From: Vicugna vicugna
Lineage: Eukaryota
Reading direction: 5' to 3'
Assembly (NCBI GenBank): GCA_013265495.1
Contig: MU058584.1
Location: forward strand, 4,656,508-4,720,507
Length of the DNA stretch: 64,000 bases
Below, one piece after another: positions 63,365-64,000 of the stretch. How positions within the stretch are numbered: the stretch's first letter is position 1; the number at the start of each line of letters is the position of its first letter. The position numbers and the translations under genes were made by a program. The notes under the pieces are model-generated. The model was given only the letters and a program-made list of their open reading frames with translations. It was not told where the DNA came from and made no database searches.

Positions 63365-63920
63365 CCAAAAAAATCAATTGTTAATAAATTACTTTCTAAA
63401 ACCTCACTTTATAAAGTCTTAAATGGGGAAATTGAAATACAAAAAAAGTGATTATAAATAAGTAATTCAAGAAGAATTTTATAGAAATGGGAAAGAATAA
63501 AATTTGTTTAAACTTTTTCTTTTTTGGAACGTAAGAGTAGCCACAGTTATAATATAGCTTAAGAAAAAAATGTCGTTCCAAACTTGAAGTAATGTTAAAA
63601 TCTCTTGCATATCTCATTTACAAACATACATGTTTCCTTTCAAAGTGAAACCTTTGCTTGTGTTTCTCTTACATGATAATTACTAAGTCTGTTTACATAT
63701 ATGTTTCTGATAGGAATGTGGTTTATAGAGATTGGAATTAATAATTCAGAATTATTGATGAGAATTAGTTATCTCACTGTAGAATTAGATATTGTTGTCA
63801 GACTTAATGCTACTTTCACAACCTGTTCTAAAATGTAGGCAGTGGTTCTGTTTAATAGAAGGGATTTTGTTAATCCCTATAAATACATTTTTTGCAATCT
63901 TTTTTTGTTTTTAAACATAG

Positions 63921-63983
63921 GCCGACAAGACCTACATGTTACGAGAATATACATCACGGGAGAGCAAAATTGCTAATTTAATG
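63921..63983 (+). CDS. TIPRL: TIPRL coding exon 6 (63 nt); gene continues beyond the window
   Basis: Acceptor aacatAG; ADKTYMLREYTSRESKIANLM; donor GTACAG at 63984; cumulative CDS 675 nt with no stop. Confidence 0.95.
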
Positions 63984-64000
63984 GTACAGTATTTAAATAT

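Noticed and set aside
61123..63920. TIPRL intron 5 as a minor (U12) intron because the donor starts GTATC
   Set aside because: Donor is GTATCTGT rather than GTATCCTT, there is no TCCTTAAC branch site near the acceptor, and an ordinary pyrimidine tract is present.
1..64000. CRISPR arrays, operons, prokaryotic defence systems, intact retroviral or transposase genes
   Set aside because: The window is intron- and repeat-rich mammalian DNA; I saw no regularly spaced repeat-spacer array and no long intact mobile-element ORF.

Overview
Mammalian genomic DNA, most likely a camelid (alpaca/camel), judged from the tRNA-derived Vic-1-like SINEs and lineage-type L1 3' ends. The only intact protein-coding sequence is TIPRL (TIP41-like PP2A regulator) on the + strand: coding exons 1-6 (38338-63983) splice in frame at GT-AG sites into 225 codons, and the last exon lies beyond the window. 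A CpG island at ~5.7-7.0 kb is, by known synteny, probably the promoter and non-coding first exon of GPR161 on the - strand. Between the two genes lie a processed RPL32 pseudogene with an internal deletion and a dense layer of L1, L2, MIR, SINE, LTR and DNA-transposon relics. I found no convincing new biological system. The best second-look items are a strong-Kozak uORF whose stop overlaps both TIPRL start codons, a rare GAG splice acceptor, a locally templated inverted insertion, a poly(A)-only retro-insertion, two L1 3' fragments truncated at the same point (one with a possible 3' transduction), and solo LTRs with intact promoter motifs. Repeat family names come from recognition, not a database search, and repeat boundaries without a stated target-site duplication (TSD) are approximate.
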